From the NCBI GenBank assembly GCA_963707025.1, contig CAVPOM010000018.1, forward strand, positions 64,001-128,000: 64,000 nucleotides of DNA, given 5' to 3'. Source of the DNA: an uncultured Verrucomicrobiae bacterium. Its GTDB lineage: Bacteria > Verrucomicrobiota > Verrucomicrobiia > Limisphaerales > Palsa-1400. Positions 40,700 to 52,175 of this stretch are shown piece after piece (the first letter of the stretch is position 1; each line of letters opens with the position of its first letter). The position numbers and the translations under genes were made by a program. The notes under the pieces are model-generated. The model ran no database searches, was not told the origin of the DNA, and was given only the letters and a program-made list of their open reading frames with translations.

Positions 40700-43352
40700 G
40701 TGACGGACGGGATTTCGCCTGATTCAGCGCCGACTGCTCCTCCGGCCCGCAGCCCTGAACGGCGCGGGAAGCGGGCCAAGCTGAGGGTGTTCCTTGGTTT
40801 TGGACCGGGAGTCGGCAAGACTGCTGCCATGTTGGAAGCGGCGTTGGCGGAGAAGCTGGCCGGAACGTCAGGTCGTCGTCGGCGTTGCCAATCGTCGAGG
40901 TGGGCGCGCGGTGGACGCTTTGTTGGGACGGCTTCCATGGGTGCGCAAGGAACAGGGCGGGCCGGAGGGTGAAATGGACTTGGGGGCGGTGCTCACGCGG
41001 CGGCCGGACATTGTTGTTGTGGACGAACTCGCCCATGCCAACAGCGGCGCATCGCGTCACCTCAGCCGTTTCCAAGACGTGCAGGAGTTGCTGGATTCGG
41101 GTATTGATGTTTACACCACTCTCAATATATATGAAATCACCAGCCGCGCGGACCTGTTGCGGCCAATTGCCGGGATCGCCAGCCGACACGTTGTTCCTGA
41201 CAGCATCCTGGATCATGCAGCCATTGATTTGGTTGATTTGGCGCCGGAGGATCTGATCCGCCGCCTTCGGCACGGGGACATCCGCCTGCCTGAAGATGGC
41301 GAATTGGCAAAATCGCGCTTTTTCGAGGAAAGCAGCCTCATGGCGTTGAAGGAGATGGCCGCGCGCTTCTTCGCCGAGCGAGTTGCAAAGGAAGCCCAGG
41401 AACTTCGCCAGACCTCCAAATCTCGTGGCCCAGCGAATTCAACCCATCGCATGCTCGTTGCCATCGAGTCTGGCTGGGACCCGAAGCCATTGATTCTTTG
41501 GACTTGCCGGCTCGCTGGAAGTTTGAATGCGGCCTGGATTATTCTCTACGTCGAAACCCCGCGTGGAGCGAGCTTTGAGGAGGAATCGCGCTTGACCCGC
41601 AATCTGGAACTGGCGAGAGAATTGGGGGCTGAAGTCATCACGACGACGGATGCGGATGTCGTGAGCGCGATTTTGCGGGTCGCGTCGGCCCGCAACATCA
41701 CCCAGATCATCGTCGGCAAACCGGGGCCGGCTCCGTGGTGCCATCCGTTTCGGCGCGACAGCGGCATAGCCCGCCTCCTGAGGGAAAGCGGGGAAATTAG
41801 CGTTCACGCCGTGGCTGTCAACCGCAACGCCCCTGCGGCGCCAACCCGCCCCGCCCGCTCCGGGACAGGGTGGCGGCAGTACCTCCTGGTGACTGGCATC
41901 ATGGGTCTGGTGACATTGGCCGGCTTTCCTCTCACGAAATGGATTAGTCCCCATGCCACGGCGTTGCTTTATCTGCTGACGGTGGTCATCCTCGTTTTTG
42001 TCGTGGACCGCGGTCCGTTTCTGGTGGCAGCGGCGGTGAGCGCCCTCAGTTGCGATTACTTTTTTCTCCCCCCGGCTTTTGCGTTCCGTCTTTCGCATCT
42101 CGAGGACGTGATGCTGCTGGCGATGTATTTCTTCGTGGCACTGGTCCTCGGTCATTTGACCGCGCGCCTCCGCGCCCAGGAGGCGGGCGAGCGCCAGCGG
42201 GAGCGCCGCGCCACCGCGCTTTATTTGCTGACTCGCGAATTGGCTGAAGCCACCACCTTGGATCAAATCGTCCGCAAGGTCGTCGAAGAGATGGAGCGCG
42301 CGTTTGATGCAGAAGTCTCCGTCCTGTTGGCCGACAGCGCGGGGCGGTTACAGTTTCCGCCGGCCGGTTCGCCGGTTTCTGGAGAGAAGGATCGTGAGGT
42401 GGCAGCCTGGGTTCTGGAGCATCGTCAACCAGCGGGGAAATTCACCGGCCACCTGCCTATGGCCGGTTCATTGTTTGTCCCGCTCGTCAGCACGAGCGGA
42501 CCCCTGGGCGTGATGGGCCTGCGTCTGCGGCAGCCAGGCCCGCCGACCATTCAACAGCACAATCTGCTGGACGCGCTCAGCCGGCAAATCGCCCTCTCCC
42601 TCGACCGGCAACGCTTGAGCGAGCTTTCCGGCAAGGCCACGTTGCTGGCCGAATCCGAACGCCTGAGCAAGATGCTGCTCGACTCCATGTCTCACGAAAT
42701 CCGCACCCCGCTGGCCGCCATTGAGAACGCCACCAGCAGCCTGGCTGAATTGGGCCACGCCGCCGGGGACGGCGCCGCATTGATCGCCGAAATCCGCGAA
42801 GCCACCGAACGGCTCAACCGTCTGGTCGGAAAGGTCCTCGACATCATGCGTCTGGAAGCCGGTCAAGTCCAACCGTCCTTCTGCGAATGCGATGTTAGCG
42901 AAGTGGTCCATTTTGCCGTGGCTGGGACGGAACGGGAATTGGCACGGCACAAAGTGACCGTCGAAATGGCCGCCGATTTGCCCATGATGCGGCTGGACTT
43001 CGTCTTCTTGCAAGAGGCTCTGATGAACCTGCTCTCTAACGCCGCCCACCACACGCCGCCGGGGACGTTGGTGGAAGTCCGCGTCTGGACTTCCGAGTCC
43101 GCTCTCTTCCTCACGGTGGCGGATCGCGGCCTGGGCATTCCTCCAGAGTCTTTGCCGCGAATCTTTGACAAGTTTTACCGTGGTCCGGGTGCGCCAACTG
43201 GCGGCACAGGCTTGGGACTCTCTCTGGTTCAAGGCTTTGTGGAAGCCCTCGGTGGCACGGTGGCGGCGGCCAACCGCACCGGCGGGGGCGCGGAGTTCAC
43301 CATCCGCCTGCCAATCAAGCAGACTAACTCCCGCGAGCCTGTAGCAATTTGA
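40700..43352 (+). CDS. kdpD: KdpD-family sensor kinase, +1 frameshift near 40865
   Basis: LRVFLGFGPGVGKT, VDELAHAN, USP domain, 4 TM, GAF, SHEIRTPL and HATPase motifs. Confidence 0.9.
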
Positions 43353-43760
43353 ACAGGTTGGTCGTTTCGTTTCAAAGTCATGGCGGAATTCCGCCCATTT
43401 CTAAGCACCGCCATCTTCCGCAAAACGGCAAGCGCAGGCTTAACCGACGGGCAAAAACGGGCTGAGAATTGATCTAGAATTGATCCCCGCAAAAGGCCGG
43501 CAAGCCCAGAATTCAGCGAGGCTGCAGAACAGAAGTCTTATTAACAGTTTTTTAGCACGTTAATCTGACCGCGATGAAAGCTTGGCGTTTCGCATGTCGG
43601 TTTTGGCATTCTTCATTTGCTAGTAAATCGCTAGAATTGGGCCGCTTCATTCAGCGCGCTCCCGTGGAATCTAGGCGCGTCCCTCTGGAACAAACCCTCC
43701 CGCATCCGCCTGCTTCCCGGCCCGGGCTTCAACCGGCGGGATTAGGAATTGGTTAAATAA

Positions 43761-44258
<498 letters not shown>

Positions 44259-44306
44259 GGCCATGAACAACACTGGCAACAAGACCCATCGTATCGCACC
44301 TAAAAT

Positions 44307-46132
44307 ATGCATCCTATGATCAAAAGAACAATCGCTTCGCTCACTGCCTCGCTCCTGCTCCTGCTCGCTGGTCGCGCCGCCTTCGGCCAGGCCACCAATG
44401 CTCCCGACACCAACGCTCCCGCGGCGGCGGCTCCGGCGGCGGCCGCTCCCAACTTTGACCCCGGCGGCGGCAACACCGGCACGATTGGCGACCTCGGCGG
44501 CTCTGGCGGCAGCTACAGCTACCCCACCTTCCAAGTCAGCGCCCCGGCGGAGCTGAGCGCCGACGACAAAAAGGACACCAACAAAGTGGCCGCCTACACC
44601 GACGCCAAGAAGGCTTTCGACGATTACACGGCCCAAGCCAAAGCCGAACCGCTCGCCGTGAAGATGGCGGATGCCGTCGGCCACAACCGCATCTCCATCA
44701 ACTTCGTCTGGACTTTGGTCACGGGCTTCCTGGTCATGTTCATGCAGGCGGGTTTCGCGCTCGTGGAAACCGGTTTGTGCCGCGCCAAGAACGCCTCCCA
44801 CACCATGACCATGAACATGCTGATTTACCCGCTGGGCATGTTGGGATTCTGGGTGTGCGGGTTCGCCTTCATGTTCGGCGGGGTGGGTGCATTGGGAGGT
44901 GGAACCCTCGGCTCCTGTTCCAGTCTGAACCACGAATGGACTTGGCACCTTTTCGGCCATGATTGGGGCATCATCGGGTTAAAGGGGTTCTTTCTTTCGT
45001 GGGACACTTATGACGTAGGCGTATTCTGTCTCTTCCTCTTCCAGATGGTGTTCATGGACACCACGGCCACCATTCCGACCGGCGCTGCCGCCGAGCGATG
45101 GAAATTCTCCGCCTTCTGCCTCTACGGCTGCTTTATCGGCACGATTATGTATCCGGTGTTCGGCAACTGGGTTTGGGGCGGCGGCTGGCTTTCCCAAATG
45201 GGCACGAACTGGGGATTGGGCCACGGGCATGTGGATTTCGCCGGTTCCTCGGTCGTCCACATGCAGGGCGGCGTGATCGGCCTGATCTTCGCCTGGCTGC
45301 TTGGACCGCGCATCGGGAAATACAACAAGGACGGCAGCGCCAATCCCATGCCGCCGCACAACATTCCTTACGCCATCCTCGGCACTTTCATCCTGGCTTT
45401 TGGCTGGTTCGGGTTCAACCCCGGTTCGACCCTGGCCGGCACGGACCTGCGCATCGCCGTCGTCGCCACCAACACCATGCTCGCCTCCGCCACCGGCTTG
45501 CATGGGAGCGGTTCTTTGGATGTGGTGGGTTCGCACCAAGAAACCGGATCCGAGCATGGCTTGCAACGGAATGCTGGCAGGCTTGGTCGCCATTACCTGC
45601 CCCTGCGCCTTTGTCGGACTCGCGCGGCGCCTGCGCTTTGGGCTTGGTGGCCGGGATTCTGGTGGTCGAATCCGTGTTTTTCTTTGACAGGATCGGCATT
45701 GACGATCCTGTCGGCGCGATTTCCGTGCATGGCACTTGCGGCGCTTGGGGTTGTCTTTCGCTGGGACTTTTTGGCGATGGCACGTACGGCCAGGGCTGGA
45801 ATAATGCGCACTGGTTCACGCTGCCCGACGGCACTTACAAAATGATGGATCCCAGCGCCGCCCCCAAAGGAGCAGTCGAGGAGGGTGTCAAAGGCTTCTT
45901 CTACGGAGGCGGTTTCAGCCAGCTCACGGCCGAATTCATTGGCGTGCTAACCTGCTTCCTCACCTTGAGCCTCCTCTCTTTATTCGTTTTCTACATCATC
46001 AAAGCCATCCTCGGCACACACCGGGTGACACCGGAAGTGGAACTCGAAGGCCTGGACATCCCGGAGATGGGCATCGCTGGCTATTGCGGCATCGTCATGG
46101 ACAAACATTCGGAAACACCGGCCTCAAAGTGA
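44307..46132 (+). CDS. amtB: Ammonium transporter, +1 frameshifts near 45499 and 45617
   Basis: FMQAGFA, FQMVF, AAAER, DFAGSSVVH, GWFGFNPGS, DDPVGAISVHG and EGLD. Confidence 0.93.
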
Positions 46133-46207
46133 CGGGCTGCGACTTGAACCCGGTTGTGCGGGCCTAAGTGCCCGCACCACCCAGCAAAATGAACGGAGAT
46201 TAATACC

Positions 46208-46537
46208 ATGAATGCGAACCTGTTAAATATTGTTCAATGGCTGATTGCGTCGTTCGCCGGCGGAGGTCTCGGACTCGCCTTTGGCCTGCTGCAGAAGTGG
46301 GCGCGCCAACGCTACGAAAAACTCCAGCAAGCCGACGCTTTGCGCAGCGAGTGGGTGGTGGTGCGAGGCTCCAGCAGACGCATTATCGTTCTGCTGGCCG
46401 CCCTTGGCTTGGCGCAGATCATCTGCCCGTTCCTGTTCTCCGCTGGCGGCCAATGGTGGTTTTCCGGCGGGGTCATGGCCGGCTACGGTGTGATGCTCTA
46501 CCGCCAGATCCGCCTCCGCCTGACGGCGGCCAGATAA
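46208..46537 (+). CDS. Small 3-TM hypothetical protein
   Basis: GGAG RBS and hydrophobic segments; follows amtB. Confidence 0.7.
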   Translation: MNANLLNIVQWLIASFAGGGLGLAFGLLQKWARQRYEKLQQADALRSEWVVVRGSSRRIIVLLAALGLAQIICPFLFSAGGQWWFSGGVMAGYGVMLYRQIRLRLTAAR

Positions 46538-46587
46538 TGAGCCGGTAATCGCTTGGCTGGATGCCATGCTGCGAAAAGCAGGTAAGC

Positions 46588-46623
46588 CGGCGCGGGTGTG
46601 GTGACCCGCGCCGCGCTTATTTT
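46588..46623 (+). terminator. Terminator-like hairpin
   Basis: CGGCGCGGGT/ACCCGCGCCG 10-bp stem followed by CGCTTATTTT. Confidence 0.5.
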
Positions 46624-46667
46624 GAACAGTCAATTAGTTCGTATCGAAGCTCCTTGTCTTTAGTCTT

Positions 46668-48101
46668 ATGGATGCCATCCCTGGTCGGCTCTCCGTCAAT
46701 CCGGTCATGATGCTGCCCTTCGGAGCATTGTTGGCGGCCATTGCCCTGGCCCCGCTGTTCTTTTCTGACTGGTGGGGAAGGCATTATCCCAAGATAGTCG
46801 GCCTGCTGGCACTGGTTGTGGTTGTCTATTATTTCGCCGGCCTGAACGATGGCGAACGGGTTGGCCACACCGCCCATGAATACCTCAGCTTCATCGCCTT
46901 GGTGGGATCGCTCTTCGTCGTTTCCGGAGGCATCCACATCACCGTCCAAGGCGAGGCGACACCCAGGGCCAATGTCCTCTTTCTCCTGGTCGGCGCGCTG
47001 GCCGCCAATCTCCTCGGCACCACCGGCGCCTCCATGCTCCTTATCCGGCCCTGGCTGCGCATGAATAAGTACCGCATCACCGGCCATCACGTCATGTTCT
47101 TCATTTTCATCATTTCCAACGTCGGCGGCTGCCTCACGCCCGTGGGCGATCCTCCGCTCTTCCTCGGCTACCTCATGGGAGTGCCATTTTGGTGGGTGGC
47201 CGCGCACGGTTTTCTTATTTGGTGCGTCGGGGTGGGGACCCTGCTCCTGATGTTTTACGCCGTGGACTCCTATAATTTCCACCGCGCGGCCAAAACCGTG
47301 CAATTGCAAGAGACTCAAGGCGGCGAGCAATGGCGTTTCGACGGCTTGAAGAATGTTCTTTTTCTCGGGATCATTCTCGCCGCCGTCTTCATTCAAGACC
47401 CTCCCTTTCTGCGCGAAGCCGTAATGCTGGCTGCCGCCGCCGCTTCCTATTTCACCACCCCAAAGACCGTTCACGAATCCAATCATTTCAACCTCCAACC
47501 CATCAAAGAAGTCGCCATCCTGTTCATCGGGATTTTTGCCACCATGATGCCCGCTCTCGACTGGCTGCAAGCCAACGCCGGCAGGATCAATTCACCCAGC
47601 GCGGCATTTTTCTATGCCGGTTCCGGCTGCCTTTCCAGCGTCCTGGACAACGCGCCCACCTATCTTTGTTTCCTCCAGGCGGTTTGCGGCCGCTTTATCC
47701 ATCCGGACTCCACGGCTCAGTTGTCTCAACTCTTGCATACCCATGGGGCCGGTTTGGCGGCAGTGACCGGCACACATGCGCAGGAAATTCGCGGCGCCTT
47801 TGCCGCCCTCCAACAATTCCATCCCGCCGTTCTGGCCAGCGGCTTTGCCTCCACGGATCAGATTCACGTCGCCTATCTGGTTGGAAATCAAAACCTCGGC
47901 GCCTACGTCTTGGCCGTCAGCATCGGCTCGGTCTTTTTCGGGGCCAACACCTACATCGGCAACGGCCCCAACTTCATGGTCAAAGCCATTGCCGACCATC
48001 AAAAAGTTCACACCCCAAGTTTTCTCGCCTACATCTTTAAGTACACCCTTCCCTTCATGCTCCCCATGCTGCTCCTTGTGTGGTGGCTTTTCTTCCGGTG
48101 A
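46668..48101 (+). CDS. Ion transporter (IT) superfamily protein, usually annotated sodium:proton antiporter
   Basis: GTTGASMLLIRP, SNVGGCLTPVGDPPLFLG, LDNAPTY and TYIGNGPNFMVK. Confidence 0.85.
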   Translation: MDAIPGRLSVNPVMMLPFGALLAAIALAPLFFSDWWGRHYPKIVGLLALVVVVYYFAGLNDGERVGHTAHEYLSFIALVGSLFVVSGGIHITVQGEATPRANVLFLLVGALAANLLGTTGASMLLIRPWLRMNKYRITGHHVMFFIFIISNVGGCLTPVGDPPLFLGYLMGVPFWWVAAHGFLIWCVGVGTLLLMFYAVDSYNFHRAAKTVQLQETQGGEQWRFDGLKNVLFLGIILAAVFIQDPPFLREAVMLAAAAASYFTTPKTVHESNHFNLQPIKEVAILFIGIFATMMPALDWLQANAGRINSPSAAFFYAGSGCLSSVLDNAPTYLCFLQAVCGRFIHPDSTAQLSQLLHTHGAGLAAVTGTHAQEIRGAFAALQQFHPAVLASGFASTDQIHVAYLVGNQNLGAYVLAVSIGSVFFGANTYIGNGPNFMVKAIADHQKVHTPSFLAYIFKYTLPFMLPMLLLVWWLFFR

Positions 48102-48158
48102 TTCTGCCCAACCCCGATGCCAACTCCTCCAGATCACGGGCTTGAAAATCGCGAGGGA

Positions 48159-48924
48159 ATGGAGTTAAATGCGAACATGAGCGTTGAGTCCCCATCCGAA
48201 CCCGCCCCGCCACCGGCGGCGGACAGGATCTCCCCGCCCCTCCACACCGTCGTCCTGGTCGTGGATGACGAAGTGCAAATCCGCCGGCTGCTGCGCGGCT
48301 GCCTGGAGCGCAACGGCTACGAAGTAGTGGAGGCCGCCACCGGCGAACAGGCTCTGGCCGAAGCCATCCGCTGCCAGCCCAACGTTATTCTTCTTGACCA
48401 AGTGCTTCCCGACATGGACGGCCTGGTCGTCCTCAAGCGGTTGCGCGAATGGAGCAAAGCGCCCGTCTTCATCCTCTCGGTCCGGGACCGCGACATGGAT
48501 AAAGTCACCGCGCTCGATCACGGCGCCAACGACTATCTTTCCAAACCGTTCAGCACGAGCGAACTCCTGGCGCGTTTGCGGGTTATTCAGCGATACAACC
48601 AGCCTTCCGCCAAACCAAAGCTCTTCACCTCCGGCGAGCTTCAGGTGGATTTGACCACCCGCTCCGTCAGAGTCAGAGGACAACCGGTCAATCTCACCGG
48701 CACTGAGTACCTCGATCCTCATATTTTTTGTCCAACAAGCCGGCAGGATCCTGACCCACCGCCAGATCTTGCGCGAAATCTGGCACACGGACGACGCCGA
48801 GAAAACCACCATCCTGCGTGTCTACATGACCTACCTGCGCGCCAAAATCGAAGCCATCCCGGCCAAGCCCAAGTTGCTGATCACAGTGCCCGGCGTGGGC
48901 TACCGCCTGGAAATTTGCGATTGA
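48159..48924 (+). CDS. kdpE: KdpE-like OmpR family response regulator, +1 frameshift near 48711
   Basis: VDDEVQIRR, LREWS, ALDHGANDY.SKPF; the other frame continues GRILTHRQILREIW..LRAKIE..PGVGYR. Start codon uncertain. Confidence 0.88.
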
Positions 48925-49140
48925 CTCCCCCCTGCTCCATATACCTCCATTTGCGGGCCGATCTGCTGGAATGGAGCGGAGTGGAACCGGCTTGAATTGG
49001 CGGAGTCGGGGGGGCGGCGCTCAGGGCAGGTGATTCCCGGCACTCCTCGGCGAATCTGATACTGCAATCTGATACTGTTTGCCAATTTTCAGGCAGATTC
49101 GTGAGGATTCGGGATGACGTGAAAGTCATAAACCCTTGGA

Positions 49141-49340
49141 AATGAGAACTTGACAACCTGATACTGCTTAAATGAAGACAGAATCCAGCGAATCACGGCG
49201 GGCAAGCAGCCCGGTTGCCAATCCGGTTCGTTACGTTCCATCCGGGTTTTATTTTGCGCGGGCGCGGGTAAGCGGCAAGCTTATTCCGCGGTCCCTCAAG
49301 ACGGACGTTCTCAGCGTCGCCCAACTTCGGCTGGCCTTGG
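49141..49340 (+). pseudogene. Direct repeat copy 2: tyrosine-integrase N-terminal remnant
   Basis: VRYVPSGFYFARARVSGKLIPRSLKTDVLSVAQLRLA, then the similarity ends; no catalytic domain follows. Confidence 0.75.
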
Positions 49341-49744
49341 AAAACGGCTGCGACTTCAACATATAACGCTTCCCCAAACGTGCGGATTTAGGGGGGGGCA
49401 AGGCTCTGGCGGCCAACTATTTTTTATCTGCACAGAGGGGGTCCCTCCTGCCCCCGGGTGATGCCCCCCGCCACGGCAAAACGGCCTCAGGCTGAAATCT
49501 TGCCCAGCCGATCCGGCAATGCCCCGGAGGGGTTTCTTGCCGAATCCAGTTGCATCCGCGCCGCGAAATTGCTTTCATCAAGTCCGAGCCAGCAAACTCG
49601 CAACCGGGCATGCCGCCGCATGCCCCGGTCAAGAAAAAGTGATGAATTAAATATGCCGCAGACCGGCGACCATGGATCCGGCTGCAAGATGGCCAGTTGT
49701 TTTTAAATTCAATTTGAACCGGCGAATTCCTCCGGCGCCGAACC

Positions 49745-50878
49745 GTGTCTCATTCTCCAAACCTATTGATCGTCGCAGACAGCGAGCACGACGCGAACAT
49801 GCTTTACGCCGTGGGCCTGTTCGCGGCCGACCCGTTCATTTTTTTCCGCGTGGAGGGCAAGGGTCACGCCGTGGTCAACGATCTGGAACTGGATCGCGTT
49901 AAAAAGAAGGTCCCCCATTGCCGGGTCATCTCCTACAGCCAATGCCTGGAAAAGCTGCGGCGCGTCCGCATCAAACGTCCCGGCATGGCCGCCGTCATCA
50001 ACCTCCTCCTGCGCGAGCAGCGGTTGCGCAAAATCTTTGTCCCCGCCAATTTCCCGGTCGGCCTGGCCCGCGATTTGCGCAATTATAAAATTAAAGTCCG
50101 CGTCAAAAAGGACGGCGTTTTCCCCGAACGCGAATTCAAGCACGCCGATGAGATTAAAAAAATCAGCGCCGCCCTCATCATGGCCGAAGTCGGCCTGGCC
50201 GAAGGCCTTCAGGCCTTGAAAAGCTCCAAAATCGCCCGGGACGGCAAATTGATGTACCACGGCGTGCCCTTGACCTCGGAGAAACTCCGGTCCATCATTG
50301 ACGTCGGCATCCTCCAGGCCGGCGGCCGTCCCGGCCACACCATTGTCGCCTGCGGCCGGCAGGCCTGCGACCCCCGCGAGCAGGGCCACGGCCCGCTGCG
50401 CGGCCACCAACCGATCATCCTGGATGTCTTCCCGCGTTCCCAGAAAACCGGCTATTTTGGCGATATCACCCGCACCGTCGTCCGCGGCCGCGCCAGCGAG
50501 CCGGTGCGCCGTCTCTACGACACCGTCTGGCGGGCCCAGGAAATCGGTTTCGCCAAAATCCGCGCCGCCGCCGCCGCCGCCAAAATCCACGCCGCCGTCC
50601 AGGAGTTTTTCGAGGCCCAAGGCTACAAAACCTGCAAAAAAAACGGCCGCATGGCCGGTTTCTTCCACAGCGCCGGCCACGGCTTGGGCTTGGAAATCCA
50701 CGAACCCCCGCGCCTGAGCCACAACTCCGCCGACATCCTCAAACCCGGCCACGTCCTCACCATCGAACCGGGCTTGTACTACCCGGAACTGGGCGGCGTC
50801 CGGCTGGAAGACGTTGCCTGCGTCACCGGCAATGGCCCGCGCAACCTGACCAAATTCGAGAAAGTCTTCGAAATCTGA
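49745..50878 (+). CDS. Xaa-Pro peptidase family (M24B) protein
   Basis: ILD, GYFGDITRT, HSAGHGLGLEIHE, TIEPGLY and GVRLED. Confidence 0.93.
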   Translation: MSHSPNLLIVADSEHDANMLYAVGLFAADPFIFFRVEGKGHAVVNDLELDRVKKKVPHCRVISYSQCLEKLRRVRIKRPGMAAVINLLLREQRLRKIFVPANFPVGLARDLRNYKIKVRVKKDGVFPEREFKHADEIKKISAALIMAEVGLAEGLQALKSSKIARDGKLMYHGVPLTSEKLRSIIDVGILQAGGRPGHTIVACGRQACDPREQGHGPLRGHQPIILDVFPRSQKTGYFGDITRTVVRGRASEPVRRLYDTVWRAQEIGFAKIRAAAAAAKIHAAVQEFFEAQGYKTCKKNGRMAGFFHSAGHGLGLEIHEPPRLSHNSADILKPGHVLTIEPGLYYPELGGVRLEDVACVTGNGPRNLTKFEKVFEI

Positions 50879-50973
50879 GGACCGGGACGCACTCCTGGCG
50901 GGCTACCGGTGGCCAACAGGCCAAGTTGCTTGAAGAATTGAACGAAGCCCCTGCCGCCTGATACACTTTGAAT

Positions 50974-51501
50974 ATGGACATCAAAGAAGTGATCGCCGTT
51001 ATCAACCGGATGCAGGCCGACGGCGTCATGGATCGTTACGCCATAGCCGGGGCGGTGGGGGCAACCTTCTACCTTGAACCCGTGGCCACGCTCGACGTGG
51101 ACATCTTTGTGGCTTTCCGGCCTCAGCCGGGAAGCGTGCTGGTCAGTCCGCAACCCATTCTTGATTATCTCAGGGCACGAGGCGCCAGGATGGAGGACGA
51201 ATACATCGTCGTGGCTGGCTGGCCTGTCCAATTCCTCCCGCCGGGAACCCCCTTGGTGGAGGAAGCATTGCTGGAAGCGGTGGAGCGGGATGTGGATGGA
51301 ACCCGAGCGCGTGTCTGCACCGCCGAACACCTGGCCGCCATCGCTCTGTAGACCGGACGAGCCAAGGATAAAGCCCGCCTCCTCCAGTTCATCGAGGCTG
51401 GCGCGCTCCAGGCCGCGCGCTTTCAAACCATCCTTTCACGGCATGGGCTGCTTGATGCCTGGCGGAAATTTGAACGACAATTCTTGAGCGACGAGACATG
51501 A
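50974..51501 (+). pseudogene. Nucleotidyltransferase-like gene with internal TAG at 51349-51351
   Basis: YAIAGAVG...TLDVDIF motif; the same frame continues TGRAKDKARL...FLSDET to a stop overlapping the next ATG. Confidence 0.75.
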
Positions 51502-51695
51502 GCTTCGACCTGCAAAAGATTCTGAAAAGCAAACGGGCTGTGCGCCGCAGACTGGCCGCGCGGCCTATGGCAGAAAAGCTGCGCCTGCTCGACGCCTTGC
51601 GCGAACGGGAACTAGCCATTCGGGGCAGCGGGATTCCTTCGGATTCGAGCGTGCTCCGTGAAGAGTCAGCGCCCTGTCGCACCCGGCCACTCTGA
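51498..51695 (+). CDS. Small basic hypothetical protein, partner of the nucleotidyltransferase
   Basis: ATGA coupling; SKRAVRRRLAARPMAEKLRLLDALRER. Confidence 0.65.
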   Translation: MSFDLQKILKSKRAVRRRLAARPMAEKLRLLDALRERELAIRGSGIPSDSSVLREESAPCRTRPL

Positions 51696-51764
51696 ACCGC
51701 AATGGCTGTGCGCAGATTTCGCGGATGAACGCGGATTGACCTTGGTAATGCGTCAGTCAAGGCT

Positions 51765-51841
51765 GGTAGGGCGAGACTCCGTCGAGCCGAAACTCGATTT
51801 CTTTGGAAAAAGTCACGGCTCGAACAGAGTCTCGCCCTACC
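51765..51841. repeat. REP-like palindromic element, family B, copy 2
   Basis: GGTAGGGCGAGACTC...GAGTCTCGCCCTACC; matches 6162-6235. Confidence 0.88.
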
Positions 51842-51915
51842 TCGACCCGCCGTCACCGACGCATTACGGATGTACGCGGATTGACGCTGGCGAATTTCCC
51901 GTGTAAAGTCCTGCC

Positions 51916-52128
51916 ATGAGCATCACTGCTGTCATCGAAAAGGGAATGATCAAACTTCCCAAGAATGTTCCGTGGAAATCCGGCACGATCGTGCGCATCG
52001 AGGCGGTGGACGAGCAGTCGCCCACGCTTCTGGACACTTTCAAGGAATTTGACGGCATGGCGGATGACCTGCCCGCCGATCTCGCCGCCAATCTCGACCA
52101 TTACGTTCACGGTCATTCCCGGCCATGA
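51916..52128 (+). CDS. Putative antitoxin (AbrB-like/AF2212-like)
   Basis: MSITAVIEKGMIKLP...GTIVRI...LPADLAANLDHY; ATGA-coupled to a PIN start. Confidence 0.7.
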   Translation: MSITAVIEKGMIKLPKNVPWKSGTIVRIEAVDEQSPTLLDTFKEFDGMADDLPADLAANLDHYVHGHSRP

Positions 52129-52175
52129 AGGTTGTTCTTGCCGATGCCTTTTATTTTGTGGCGCAGCTCAAATGA
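52125..52175 (+). pseudogene. Truncated VapC/PIN toxin remnant
   Basis: MKVVLADAFYFVAQL then stop; PIN beta1 with the first catalytic Asp. Confidence 0.6.

Noticed and set aside
43604..43621. Second sigma54-like motif TGGCATTCTTCATTTGC
   Set aside because: Spacing is 12 nt.
49390..49640. tmRNA, RNase P, SRP or a known riboswitch
   Set aside because: No tRNA-like ends, GAGGAAAGTCC motif or recognisable aptamer consensus.
51349..51351. Pyrrolysine or recoded TAG
   Set aside because: TAG is the normal stop of several genes here (e.g. DAHP synthase, M13 peptidase) and no pyl genes are seen.
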